64,000 nucleotides of DNA from Cetorhinus maximus (Eukaryota): positions 157,294,001 through 157,358,000 of the forward strand of contig NC_135879.1 in assembly GCF_964194155.1 (NCBI RefSeq), written 5' to 3'. Shown here one piece after another: positions 1 through 12,814 of this stretch (positions are counted from its first letter, which is position 1; each line of letters opens with the position of its first letter). Position numbers and translations under genes: made by a program. The notes under the pieces were generated by a model that worked only from the letters and a program-made list of their open reading frames with translations, ran no database searches and was not told where the DNA came from.

Positions 1-305
1 GCCTCCTTCGGCAGCACCTTCCAAACCCACGACCACTATGATCTAGAAGGACAAGGGCAGCAGATACATGGAAACACCACCACCTGGAAGTTCCCCTCCA
101 AACCACTCACTATCCTGACTTGGAAATATACCACTGTTCTTTCACTGTCGCTGGGACTCCTGGAACTCCCTCCCTAACAGCACTGTGGGAATACATACAC
201 TGCAGGGACTGCAGCGGTTCAAGAAGGCAGCTCATCACCACCTTCTCGACAATAAATGCTGGCCTAGCTGGTGACACCCACATCCCCTAGAATGAATTTT
301 AAAAA
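1..305 (+). mobile_element. 3' end of APE-RT LINE family A (CR1/jockey-group-like)
   Basis: Matches the 3' end of the 3132-6293 copy (aagaaggcagctcatcaccaccttctc...aataaatgctggcctagc...catccc...aatgaattttaaaaa). Confidence 0.85.
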
Positions 306-454
306 TGTTTTCATTGGTACTGATTACCCTCTGATTCCTCCCCTGTGTGCCATTCTTCACATGTGATTGCAGATTGTGAGTATTAGAAGGTTATTTGACA
401 ACAGAGGGCATCACAGTTGAGCTATATGCTGTCTTCACCTAATAGTGTGATGTT

Positions 455-860
455 AGTTTTAGCTCAGTAGAAGCACACTTGCTCTCTGAGTCAGAAGACT
501 GTCAGCTCAATCTCCACTCCAGAACTTGTGCACGTCATCTAGGCTGATACTTCAGTGTAGTACTGAAGGAGTTCTTCATTGTCAGAAGTGCCATCCTTTG
601 AAGTTGACAATAAATTGAGGCCCTGTCTGCCTTTTCAGGCGGATGCAGGTGATCCCATGGTACAATTTGGAGAAGATCAGGTTAATTTTTCATGATGTTC
701 TGTTGAACATTTACCTCTTAAACACAGCTGATTAACTCATCAATTGTGGCATTACTGATTATTGGGCTTTGTTGCAAGCAAAATGACTGCTGTGTTTTCC
801 TAGGTAATAATTGGCTGTGAAGCACTTTGAGATGTCCTGAGAATGTGAAAATGCTATATA
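455..860 (+). mobile_element. Deu-domain-type tRNA SINE (SacSINE1/AmnSINE-like), degenerate
   Basis: tRNA-like head (gctcagtag...ctctgagtcagaag), central taggctgatacttcagtgtagtactgaagg...gaggccctgtctgcc...gatcccatgg, and L2-like tail ggctgtgaagcactttgagatgtcctgag. Related copies at about 2420-2570, 15935-16260 and 26312-26701. Confidence 0.7.
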
Positions 861-2569
861 TACACACATATGCTTTGTAATTCTATCCAAACATGGTTAC
901 TTCCAGTAGTGTTTAGTCAATGTCGTGCAAGTGGGAACCCCTGCTAATTTTCCAGCCCCTAACAGTAGTGTAGTACCTTTGGGATTGAAATCAGTTCACT
1001 TTGTACAAACGGGAACTCTTAACCTGGGTTTGCTATCCCTCGCTTAATGACTTATTGAGTTAATCAGGTGAACCATTGAGAAGTTGATTTGCAGCATAAG
1101 ATTAGTGGACTGGTCTCAGTTCATAGCACCCTCGCCTTTGAATCAGAGGGTTGTGGGTTCATGTTCCACTCCCGGAAAACCAAGAACTGTGATTGTACTC
1201 AAAAGAAGTTGCAATCTGTGACTGTTGGTAACTCGAAAGAGTTTCCCACACTGATATCTTCAACCTTTTGGTATCTAAAGTGAATATTACTTACATTTAC
1301 TGGTGCAAACACATTTTCATGTCACGAGTAAATGTTAATTTGTGAATATTAATATATATCAATCAGTGTTGCTGCTACATTTTCATGTTCGCACTGCATT
1401 TTCATATGTTTGGGAAAGAACAGCCTCAAACATTGAGCCAGGCACAAATGGCACAAATTTCATATTTTTTCTCTTTGAAAAGAATGTAAGGATGATTGCA
1501 AATTAGCATGGGACTGGTTACACCAGGTTCCGGCCTTCTGTGGGATTTTCCAGGATAGCCATTTAGGGGAGGACATTTTGCTACCCAGAGCAAGGCCATC
1601 AATGCGTGAAGGGTTAGGGAATTTATTTGTTGTGTGTTCCTGTGTCAGGCAGTGAGGGGGACCTGATGTAACACCTGTAGTGTGAGAATGGTAGGAGAGG
1701 GACCCACCTGCGGGTCTAAAGTGGGATTGTAGGCAGGAAGATTAAAAAGAGATTTTGTTTGCAAAAAGTGAGGCCCCCCACCAGCCATCTCCTCTTACAT
1801 CGGGATCAGGAGGATGCTTTTCTCTTCTTTCTTGGGTGTGTGATAGGTGGGATTGGGGCTACTAACCCCCAACCTGCGAAGCACCTGCAACATGCAAATC
1901 TTCTCAGCCTCTCCATCATGGAGGTTGTTCTTAATACATTCTTAGTGACATGGGTCCCTGCATATGCAGTGGTAATTAAGGGAGCTCCCTCCCATGTCCC
2001 CCATGAACTTTGCCAGGGTAAGTACTGGAATTTCTTAGTGTGTACATTCAGGCTTTCATCCCTGGATGTTCCCCTGAATTTCTTGAGCACTTGGTTTATT
2101 AAGATCAGATATAAGGTTTTTAAATCAGCAAATAAACTGCTCCTCCATGAGCTATTTTAGAGAGGTTTTAGCTGGTACACCACTTAAACTTCAATCATAT
2201 TAGTTTGGCAGTACCTCAGATGCTATAGCAATAGAACAGCTTTGGTTTTATTATTACCCTTGCACTGGAAATACATGCACAGGAGAAAATCGAAGGAGAG
2301 GGACAGGGCAGATTCAAATAAATATTGTGTGTCACTGTAAAAGTGTATTTGCTCACATACTGGCACATGTTAAATAAATGACCGTGATCAAAAAGTGTAT
2401 ATCGAAAACATTGGCCTAAGTAGCAGTGCGTCAGTTGTGGTTCAGTTGGTAACACCATTTTTTGAGTCACAAAGTTTCAGGTTCATGCCCACTCCAGTGT
2501 TTGAGCACAAAAATCAAAACTGATACTCCAGTGCAGTACTGAAGAGCGAGTGCTGCACTGCCTTTTGGA

Positions 2570-2945
2570 TTAGCTGCATTTGCAAAAATTTTGCATCATT
2601 CTTCTATAGTAATCTTCAAAGAACTACCTTATTTGGACTGGCTGCAGTCAACCATATCTCAGCAACAAGCTGATGCCAGCTTCCAGTTGTAACATTTGTA
2701 GTAAGTGCCATGGAGTCAGGCCAGTCTTGTCCCCTCATGACATCTGCACTCGTTGGTATCCATTTTGAAAGCAAGCTGCAACTTCAACATGAGAACATGA
2801 TTTGGCTTGCCTCCCCTACAGAAGGTGACCAAAAAAGTTGCTTCATTATTCTTGATAGAAACATCAGAGGAGGTTTCTAGCTGCCTCGATGGTCCTCGTT
2901 TTCTGCGGGAATACCTGTACTTTAGTGTTTCCGATATTAACCTGT
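2570..2945 (-). mobile_element. Highly degraded RTE-like LINE fragment
   Basis: Minus-strand remnants LQVNIGNTKV, AEIW and KILQMQ-like segments resemble the RTE RT C-terminal motifs (LxINxxKTKV, AETW, RKILxIxW). Frameshifted. Confidence 0.4.
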
Positions 2946-3130
2946 AAGTTCCCTCCAAGCCACACACCATCCTGACTTGGAACGATATCACGGTTCCTTC
3001 ATTGTTGCTGGATCAAAATCCTGAAACTCCCTTCCTAACAGCACCGTCGTCTACCTACACCACATGGACAGCAGCGGCTCAAGAAGGCAGCTCATCATCA
3101 CCTTCTCGAGGGCAATTAGGGATGGACAGC
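2946..3130 (+). mobile_element. 3' fragment of LINE family A abutting the full-length copy
   Basis: gttccctccaagccacacaccatcctgacttgg...gggcaattagggatgg, colinear with about 6050-6250. Confidence 0.8.
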
Positions 3131-3131
3131 A

Positions 3132-6100
3132 GGGGAGGTAGTGGCGTAGTGGTATTGTCACTGGACTTGTAATCCAGAGACCCAGGGTAATTCTCTGGGG
3201 ACCTGGGTTCAAATCCCACCACAGAAGATGGTGAAATTTGAATTCAATAAATTAATGAATTAAGTCTGATGACGATAAAACCATTGTCGTTAAAAACCCA
3301 TCTGGTTCAGTAACTAGACCATTTACCTGGTCTGCCCTACACGTGACTCCAGATCCGCAGCAATGTGGTTGACTCTTAAATGGCCTAGCAAATCACTCAG
3401 TTGTGACAAATTGCTAAAAAGCCTAAAAGGAATGGAACTGGGTGGACCACCTTGCATCGACCTAGGCACTGGAAATGACAACGGAAATCTCAGCCCTGTC
3501 GCATCTAAGTCCTTCTTACTAACATCTGGGGGGGCTGGTGCCAAAATTGGGAGAGCTGTCTCACAGACTAGACAAGCAACAGCCTGACATAGTCATCCTC
3601 ACAGAATCATACCTTATAATGTCCCAGGCACCACCATCACCTTCCACCAGCAGAAGTGGTGGCACAGTGGAATACAGGTGGAAGGGAGTTGCACCAGGAG
3701 TCCTCAACATCTGGACCCCATGAAGTCTCATGGCATCAGGTCAAACATGGGCAAGGAAGCCTCCTGCTGATTACCACATACCGCCCTCCCTCAGCTGATG
3801 AATTAGTGCTCATCCATGTTGAACAGCACTTGGAGGAAGCACTGAGGGTGACAAGAGCGCAGAATGTACTCTGGATGGGAGACTTCAATGTTAATCACCA
3901 AAAGTGGCTCAGTAACACCCCTACTGGCCAAATCCCAAATGACATTGCTGCTAGACTGGGTCTGCGGCAGGTGGGTGAGGGAACCAACAAGAGGGAAAAA
4001 CATACTTGACCTCATCCTCCCCTCCTGCAGATGCATCTGTCCATGACAGTATCGGTAGGAGTGAACACCGCACAGTAGTTCTAGACAATAAGTCCCATCT
4101 TCAAATTGAGGATACCCTCCATCACGTTGTGTGGCACCACCATCGTGCTAAATGGGATAGATTTTGAACAGATCTGGCAACTCAAGACTGGGCATCCATG
4201 AAGCGCTGTGGGCCATCAGCAGCAGCAGCAGAATTGTACTCAACCACAATCTGTAACCTCATGGTCCGGCAGATCTCCCACTCTACCATTACCACCAAGC
4301 TAGGAGATCGACCCTGGTTCAATGAAGAGTGCAGGAGGGCATGCCAGGAGCAGCACCAGGAATACCTAAAAATGAGGTGTCAACCTGGTGAAGCAACAAC
4401 AGGACTACTTGCGTGCCAAACAGCATAAGCAGCAAATGATAGAGCCAAGTGATTCCACAACCAATGGATCAGATCCAAGCTCTACAGTCCTGCCACATCC
4501 AGTCGTGAATGGTGGTGGACGATTAAACAACTCACTGGAAGAGGAGGCTGCACAAATACCACATCCTCAATGATGGAGGAGCCCAGCACATCAGTGCAAA
4601 AGAGAAGGCTGAAGCATTTGCAGCAATCTTTAGCCAGAAGTGCCGAGTGGATGATCCATCTCGGCTTCCTCCGGTGGTCCCCAGCATCACAGATGCCAGT
4701 CTTCAGCCAATTCGATTCATTTCACATTCCACATCAAGAGATGGCTGAAGGCACTGAATACTGCAAAGATTATGGGCCCTGACAACGTCCCCGCAGTAGT
4801 GCTAAAGATTTGTGCTCCAGAACTTGCCGTGCCCCTAGTTAAGCTGTTCCAGTACAGCTACGACACTGGCATCTACCTGGCAATGCAGAAAATTGCCCAG
4901 GTATGTCCTGCACACAAAAAACAGGATAAATCTAACCCGGCCAATTACCACCCCATCAGTCTACACTCAATCATCAATAAAGTGATGGAAGGGGTTATCA
5001 ACAGTGCTATCAAGTGGTACTTGCTTAGCAATAACCTGATCACTGACGCTCAGTTTGGGTTCCGCCAGGGCCACTCAGTTCTGACCTCATTACATCTTGG
5101 CTCAAACATGGACAAAAGAGCTGAACTCCAGAGGTCAGGTGAGAGTGACTGGCCTTGACATCAAGGCAGCATTTGACCAAGTGTGGCATCAAGCAGCCCT
5201 AGCAAAACTGGAGCCACTGGGATTTGGGGGTGGGGAGCTCATCACTGGTTGGAGTCATACCTAGCACAAAAGAAAATGGTTGTGGTTGTTGGAGGTCAGT
5301 CATTTCAGTTCCAGGGTAGTTCCTCAGGGTAGTGTCCTATGCCCAGCCATCTTCAGCTGCTTCATCAATGACCTCCCTTCCATCATAAGGTCAGGAGTGG
5401 GGATGTTTGCTGATGATTGCACAATGTTCAGCACCATTCGCGATGACTCAGATACTGAAGCAGTCCACGTCCAAATGCATCAAGACCTGGACAATATGCA
5501 GGCTTAGGCTGACAAGTGGCAAGTAGCATTACCTGGCACTTGTGTGGCACCAATGACCATCTCCAACAAGAGAGAATCTAACCATCTTGCCCCCTGACAT
5601 TCAAAGGCATTACCATAATTGAATTTCCCACTATCAGCATCCTGGGGGTTACCATTGACCAGAAACTGAACTGGACTAGCCATATAAATACTGTGACCAC
5701 AAGAGCAGGTCAGAGGCTAGGAATCCTGTGACGTGTAAGTCGCCTCCTGACTCCCCAGACTCCAAGTCAGTAGTGTGATGGAATACTCTCCACTTGCCTG
5801 GGTGAGTGCAGCTTCAACAACACTCTACCCTAGATGGTGTCAAGCAGCTAAAGCAGCCCACTTTATTGGCATCTCATCCACAAACATTCACTCCCTCCAC
5901 CACTGACGCACAGTGGCAGCAGTGTCTGCCATCGACAAGATGCACTACATGATCTTATCAAGGCTCCTTAGACAGTATCTTCTAAACCCACGACCACTGC
6001 CATCTAGAAGCACGAGGGCAGCAGGTACATGGGAACCCCACCAGCTAGAAGTTCCCCACCAAGCTGCTCATCATCCTTACTTGGAAATATATTGCCATTC

Positions 6101-6293
6101 CTTCACTGTCACTGGGTCAAAATCCTGGAACTTCCTCCCTAACAGCACTGTGGATGTACCAACAGCACTGTGGATGTACCTACACCACACGGACTGCAGC
6201 AGTTCAAAAAGACAGCTCACCACCACCTCCTCAAGGGAAATTAGAGATGGGCAATAAATGCTGGCCTAGCCATCCCATGAGAGAATTTAAAAA
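3132..6293 (+). mobile_element. Near full-length APE-endonuclease/RT LINE family A with tRNA-derived head and no ORF1; frameshifted
   Basis: A-box tggcgtagtgg at 3142-3152 and B-box ggttcaaatcc at 3206-3216. EN motifs TNIWG / PDIVILTESYL / YRPP / GDFN / LDL from about 3518. RT motifs GPDNVP, NYHPISL, QFGFR, PQGSVL, FADD. A-rich 3' end. Confidence 0.9.
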
Positions 6294-9200
6294 GATTAAT
6301 TGTCCCATTAGGATTCCATACATGTTGGACTTCCTCACTCAGGTGAAGGGTCACATCTTACACAGTAACTGTTCCCAGTGGTTCCAGATAATTTTCCTTA
6401 GCACTGGTAGTATGAGCACTGCCACATTAAGGATTGGAGGGAGGGTCTGTGTTGTTACGTTGATTGCCTTCCTCTGTTAAGGATCGTAGTGGATAAAAAA
6501 TGGTAGCTACCCTCTGGTTCAGAAAGGCTGCCAGAGAGCACAAAACTTTGATCCTTGAGTTGTTCCTGCATAGGATTTGAATCTAGTTCTGCATTAGCTA
6601 ATGTCAGAACCTTTTGAACCTGTGGCATCCTTTGATCTTAAATTTCTTTCATTTGGCAGTTATTTTACTAGCCTTGTCTTGGTATAAAGGATTAATGAAC
6701 TGCAAGCTTCAGTGCTGGACCTAACTTAAGTCATTTGACACATGACTAGCTTGCAGTTCTTAAGAACATTTTATGTATTTTGTTCCTCGCTGAACCAAAA
6801 GCTATATATCTTGCACTTGTCATAAATATGAAGCTTAGTTTCATCAATTTAAAATGTAAATCCTGAACAGAAATGCATGCTGCAGCTTTTGAAAGGATAA
6901 CTGTTGGAAATCTAATGTCCAAGATCATTTTTTGCCACCTGCTCACATACTTTTTGAATTATTACATAGGAAAATTGAAATTATCTTCAAAAACATCATT
7001 TCAGCTCTAGATTGTATACCCACATAAAAGACACAATGGTTTTGTTATTACCCTGCTTTGCACTAACCTCCACCATCTCCCTACCTCTGAGTAGTCTGGG
7101 AATGGGTTTTGAGAAGGTTGAAGACTCGATATGGGGAAATATGCACCCACCACTGTCTTTAGGGCAGCATGTATCGTGGCAGCTTCACAACCCCCCGCCC
7201 AACCACCACCCCAAAACACCAGAGAAGAACTAGAGTATTTCATTAACATTTAAATCAGACTCGCACTGTGCAATTGGAAGCCTGATTTAAATTTAAGTGT
7301 TGCTGCATGGGTTTCCCAGGAATCAGGAAACTTGGCATTGGAAGGGAGGTGGGAGCTGCAGGCTGCACAAGGGAAGGGTCTTTTTCAGCACTCAATGAAG
7401 GGGTATGAGAAGCAGGAGTGCTCCCCATGCCTCTTGGGGAAGCCTTTGGCCTCTACCTGCTAATTGATGGCCTCCCTCTTTCCCTTTGTTTAAATTGACT
7501 CTCTCTCCCTCAAGCTGTGATGTTGGATCTTCATGACCCTCCCAACAGTGATGGAGACCTTCCCCATACCTCTTGATTTTCCAGGACCCTGGCCCCTGGC
7601 TACATCCTCCTGAGACTGGTTTCCCTCCTACTTACTGTCAATTTAGCCATCTGGCTGATGGAAAATAGATGAAAATAATCTTAATGAGGTCCTGGCAGTA
7701 AGGTTGGCAAGACCTCCGCATCCCAGACTCTTAAGCCATGTTTGCCCTCCCTGCACTCTTTCTGCCTCTTCTGTAATAAGTCAATAAGTCCAGATCAATA
7801 CTGATTCCTCTGAATGGTGCATAGTATCCTAGAATTTATAAAGAAGTATTTATACATTTATCTTAAAGAAACACTTATGAAAAAAATATCCTAGGACTTG
7901 GCACTCAGGAACAATTCTGTGGAGGATAGAGGAATTTAAATATTTTCTTTGTATTATGCTGACAAATTCTCAGTTCTGTACATATGGCTTATGGGCTTTA
8001 CAGTCAATTTGCTAACTGTACTATTGTTTGAATGATCCCTCGAGAACCATGATGGGCTGTAAAATCCACATGGCTTTGGGTATAATGGGCAGTGAGTCAA
8101 TCTATATCCTCATTTCAGTTTGCTTCTGTGCCCTTTTTGTTTACAACAATGGTTTTGAATGATCTCCAGATTGCTGGGCAAATTGCACAGGAAATATATC
8201 CAACTCCCCAACAACTTCCCTGGCTTCCTGTAGTTCTAGAAAATGCAGACAGTAAGGAAACTGAGGTTGAGACCTACATAATAGTACATAGTTGATTGGC
8301 AAGATGAAATGCTACAGTACTTTGTTTTAACATTGAAAAAGACAGCTTTACAGCTGCAGAATTGTTTATAGTATGTTGTTGCCTGAAGTCATTCTTTCTT
8401 GGTTAACCCATTCACTTCTTTCTTTGTAGCTTGATGACCAGCTGCAGTTTCAGATCCTATTGGGATCCAATTGAGTATATTTCATGAAACCATGGTATGG
8501 AGCTTTGCCTATTACAAATGCGTGTCAGTAGTGCCGAGGTCAGCCAGCCCTGCAGGATTTTCTGTCTCAGTAAGCAAACCCTGCAGGCATTCCCATCCAG
8601 TAAAATAAATGCATGGAAAATCCTATTAGGCCTGCTGACTCCCATGCCTAAATTCCCAATATGCACTTAGAGTGGCTAAAGCTCTATGCCGGGATTTGAA
8701 ATTCATTTGTTATTGTTGCTGTACATTTAAATGTAGACTGCAGCAGGTGACAACAAAATTATAGTTGTCAGTGATCAAATTAATAATGCATCATTAAATG
8801 CATATCTTTGTCACATTCTTATGTTAGAAAATAATTTGATATCTAGGCAGGAGGTTCACTGTACAAAATACACCCTGAAGTTTCTTGAATTAAATATCAG
8901 CACAATCTTGACTTTGAGTTGTTAGCATAAATCACCTGATTTTGTAGAAATTTACATACAATGGGAAATGGTACGAGGGAGGAAATGGCCACCACGCTGT
9001 TAAACATGCTTATATCCCACTTGCACTAACCCAGCACTGTACTAGATATATTTGAGTAGCAACACTGAATTGTACTGTCTGGCTATGATGATTGGGATCA
9101 GTTGCTGGAAGTTTTGCATGTGTGTTCAAAAAAAACCTACTTGACATGTTATTTGTGGGCCTAATGGCAATAGATTTTTTTCTCAGTGAAAAACCCGAAG

Positions 9201-9703
9201 AAAACAATAGTGGTAAAAAAAATAGAAGCAAACAAGAACTTAGTTTATATTGTGACTTCCATGTCACCAGGACATCCCAAAGCACCGATAGCCAATGTGT
9301 ACTCTTGAAGTGTGGTCATTGTTATAATGCAAGTCGATTGGAGTTTCCATCACAGTGCCTGCAAGTGTTACAGGTAGCATCTATGCACCAATAGCCCAAA
9401 AAAAAGAAACTACATAGAGATAATGGGCATCAGTTCATCTCAGGATGCAGAAGGTGTAGCACCTGCAGTTGCAGAGCGTCCATGCTGAGCAGAAAGATAA
9501 TATATTTATCAGTGTGTGAAAACTCCAACAGTTGGGTTGAACTAGTGGAGGCAATAAACTTAATGAAACGGTTGTGATGTAGCTGCATTCAGAGCACCTT
9601 AATGTAGAAAGTTTTCAGCTACATCTGCTGTGGGAACCGTATCTCAGTCTGCAATGCATATCCAAATGATAGATGTTTGGAGGCAGTGGTAACCAAAAAC
9701 CAT

Positions 9704-10369
9704 GGAGTGGATTTTACATTTTTCGTCAGGGTGAGGGAGGAGGAACGGAAATTGAGTTCTCCCACCCCCGCTGTCTCAACTCGACCAATTAAGCATCAGG
9801 TGGCCAATTGGTGGCCGTCCGGCAGGAGGAGGCCAATTAGATTTGCAAAGGTCAGGCTCCGTGCTAAAAACAGGACTATAAGATGGGATGTCATGCAACA
9901 GAGTGGTGATGTCGTGGATAGGGTGTCAGTCACAGCTGCAAGATTAAAGGCCCCATGCTCTCTGAATGTATCATTATTTTTTAATTGAAGGCTCAAAAAT
10001 GAGTTTTTAAAAAAATATTGAGTCACTGCCGCCTTCGCCAGCAGAATCTGCTGCTACATTCAGCCATGGACCCAGTGGCAGGTCTTCTCTTCCACTCTGG
10101 TACCACCTTGTATCAGGTACTTGTACCGGTATAAATTCAATAGCTTGCTAATTAGTCATTTCAAAATGGAGGGTGGGTTGCTGATTTCCACACCCACTCG
10201 CCTTCTGCAATTTTGAAGCCTGGTGTGGTGACATCATATTACCGAGCTGACGTCGTCACGCCCTATGTTACATTAGCACAGGGTGGGCGTGGGGGGGCGG
10301 CGGTGGTGGTTATGGTAGAGAGGGGAATATGGGGTAACCTAACTGATTTGGCGATGTAAAACTCAACCC
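9704..10369. mobile_element. PIF/Harbinger-type MITE (older subfamily)
   Basis: Imperfect TIRs ggagtggattttac / gtaaaactcaaccc flanked by 3-bp TSD cat (9701-9703, 10370-10372). Confidence 0.65.
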
Positions 10370-10698
10370 CATGGCTTGCAGTGGGCTGAGAAGCTTTGCA
10401 GACAATAGAATGGTTTTATTACCGCGGAACATTTGAAGTTTCAGCCACTGGGAAATATTCTACCACATAATTCAGTCATCACAAAAAAATGTTTTAAGAT
10501 AATTGTAGATACCCAAGCTTGCAACCATGCTATTGGTTAAAAGTCAAACTAGCTTCTGTTGGAATTGCCACTGATTATAAATATGGCAACTCCAATAGCT
10601 TTAGGACCATATTAGTAACCATATTAGTAATCAGTTCTCCATTTTGACTGAGTCAGGAGAATATGTCAGAAAAATCATTCCAGTTATTTTAATTGGAC

Positions 10699-12672
10699 TT
10701 TTTTTTTATTCACTCGTGGGATATGGGCTCCGTTGACAAGGCCAGCATTTATTGCCCACCCCAAATTGCCTTGAAGGTGGTGGTGAGCTGCCTTCGTGAA
10801 CCGCTGCAGTCCATAGTGCTGTTAGGAAGGGAGTTCCAGGATTTTGACCCAGCCACAGTGAAGGCAATGTGATATTGTTCCAAGTCATGATTATTCGGAT
10901 AGAATTGATAGTCACATGGAAAAATGTGAATTGATTTGGAAGAGTCAGCATGGATTTGCTGAATGAAAATGGTGCCTAACTAACTTGCTGGAGTTTTTTG
11001 AAGAGGTAATAGAGATGCTTCATGAGGGAAGAGCAGTGTATATGGACTTCCAAAAGGCGTTCGACAAAGTGGCACACAACAGACTTGTGAGGAAAGTTAT
11101 AGGTCATGGAATAAAAGGGACAGTAGCAATGTGAATACAAAATTGGCTGAGGGATAGGAAACAGAGTAATGGGTATTTTTCGAGCTGGAAGTAGGTTTGT
11201 AGTGGAGTTCCCCAGGGGTTGGCATTGGGACCCTTGCGGATGACTCACAACTTGGGAGAATTGTAAACTGTGAGGAGGACAGTGCAGAGCTTCAAAAGGA
11301 CATTGACACATTGATGGAGTGGGCAGATAGGTGGCAGGTGAAGTTCAATGTGGAGAAATGTGAAGTGATACACTTTGGCACAAAGAACATGGAGAAACAG
11401 TATAAAATAAAGGGCATGATTCTAAAGAGTGTGCAGGAACAGAGAGACCTGGGTGTATATGTATATAAGTCATTAAAGGTGGCAGGACAGGTAGAGAGAG
11501 CTGTTTCTAAAGCATACAGTATTCTGGGCTTCATTAACAAGGGCATAGAGCACAAGAGTAGGGAGGTTATGAAGAACTTATATAAGACACTGATTAGACC
11601 TCAGCTGGAGTATTGTGTACAGTTCTGGGCGCCACACTGTAGGAAGGATGTTAACGCATTGGAGAGAGTGCAGAAGAGGTTTATGAGAATAGTCCCAGGG
11701 ATGAGATACTTCAGTTATGAGGAAAGATTGGAAGAGTTGGGACTGTTTTCCTTGGAGAGGAGAAGGCTAAGAGGAGACTTGATAGAAGTTTTCAAAATCA
11801 TGAGGGGTGTGGACAGAGTAGATAGGGCGAAACTGTTCCCGCTTGTAAACGGATCGAGAACCAGAGGGCACAGTTTTAAATTGTTTTGCAAAAGAAGCAA
11901 ATGCGAGGTGAGAAAAAACTTTTTCACACAGCGAGTAGTTAGGGTTTGGAATGCACTGCCTGGAAGTGTAGTGGAGGCAGGTTCAATTGAGGCATTGAAG
12001 AGGACAGTGGATGATTATTTAAATAGCAACAATGTGCAGGGTTATGCAGAAAAATCAGGAGATTGGCACTAAGTTAAAATGCTCAGAGAGCTGGTGCAGA
12101 CACGATGGGCCAAATGGCCGCCTCCTACACCGTAACAATTCTGTGATTGCGTGCGTGGCTTGGTGGGGAAATTGCAGGTCGTGGTGTTCCCATGTGTCTG
12201 CTGCCCTTGTCCTTCTAAGCAGCAGAGGTCACAGGTAGAAAGGTTCTGTGGAAGGAGTCGTGGTGAGTTGGTGCAGTGCATCTTGTATATGATGCCCACT
12301 ACCGCCACTGTGCACCAGTGGTGGTAGTTGGGGTGCCAATGAAATGGGCTGCTTTGCCCTGGATGGTGTTGAGCTCCTTGAGTGTTGATGGAGCTGTACT
12401 TATCCATGCAAGTGGAAAGTATTGTGTTACCCTCCTGACTTGCTTCTGGATAGCAGACACACTTTTGGGAGTCAGGAGGTAATTTACATGCAACAGAATT
12501 CCCTCCTCTGACCTGCACTTGTAGCCTCAGTTTTTATATGGCTGGACCAGTTCAGTTTCTGGTCAATGTACCCTCAGGATGTTGATGGGAGATTCAAAAA
12601 TGGTAATGCCATTGAATGTCAAAGGGAAATGCTTAGGTTCTTTCTTGTTAGAGATGGTCATTGCCTAGCATT
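10699..12672 (-). mobile_element. 3' portion of LINE family A, split by a CR1 insertion (host parts about 10699-10892 and 12149-12672)
   Basis: Reverse complement of the family-A 3' end. Interrupted at ttccaagtcatgatt and resumes at gcgtgcgtggcttggtgggg. Confidence 0.8.
10893..12148 (+). mobile_element. 5'-truncated CR1 LINE (shark HER1-like) with an intact 253-aa RT C-terminal ORF at 11311-12072
   Basis: QHGF, YMDFQKAFDKV, GVPQG remnants, then WQVKFNVEKCEVIHFG...RPQLEYCVQFWAP...RRLRGDLIEVFK...FFTQRVVRVWNALP, typical of CR1 ORF2. CR1-type 3' UTR. Confidence 0.92.
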
Positions 12673-12675
12673 TGG

Positions 12676-12812
12676 CAGTTCTAAAGAAGGGCCATCGACC
12701 TGAAAGATTAACCGTGTTTTTCTCTCCACAGATGCCTGCATGACCTCCTGAGTATTTCTAGCATTTTCTGTTTTTATTTTGGATTTCCAGCATCTGCAGT
12801 ACTTTACCTCTG
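12676..12812 (+). mobile_element. Penelope-like terminal-repeat fragment with degenerate hammerhead-like core
   Basis: ctaaagaagggccatcgacctgaaa...tctctccacagatgc...ttccagcatctgcagt, homologous to 35540-35720. Confidence 0.6.
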
Positions 12813-12814
12813 TA

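Noticed and set aside
3132-3225. tRNA gene
   Set aside because: A/B boxes are present, but the sequence is the head of a dispersed repeat, lacks a convincing cloverleaf and has no downstream T-run terminator.
6141-6180. 20-bp tandem duplication aacagcactgtggatgtacc in the LINE tail (also a 12-bp duplication near 10607-10630)
   Set aside because: Ordinary local slippage; absent from other copies and no sign of function.
11311-12072. 253-aa ORF as a nested host gene
   Set aside because: It is the C-terminal part of CR1 ORF2. The upstream RT core is deleted and frameshifted.
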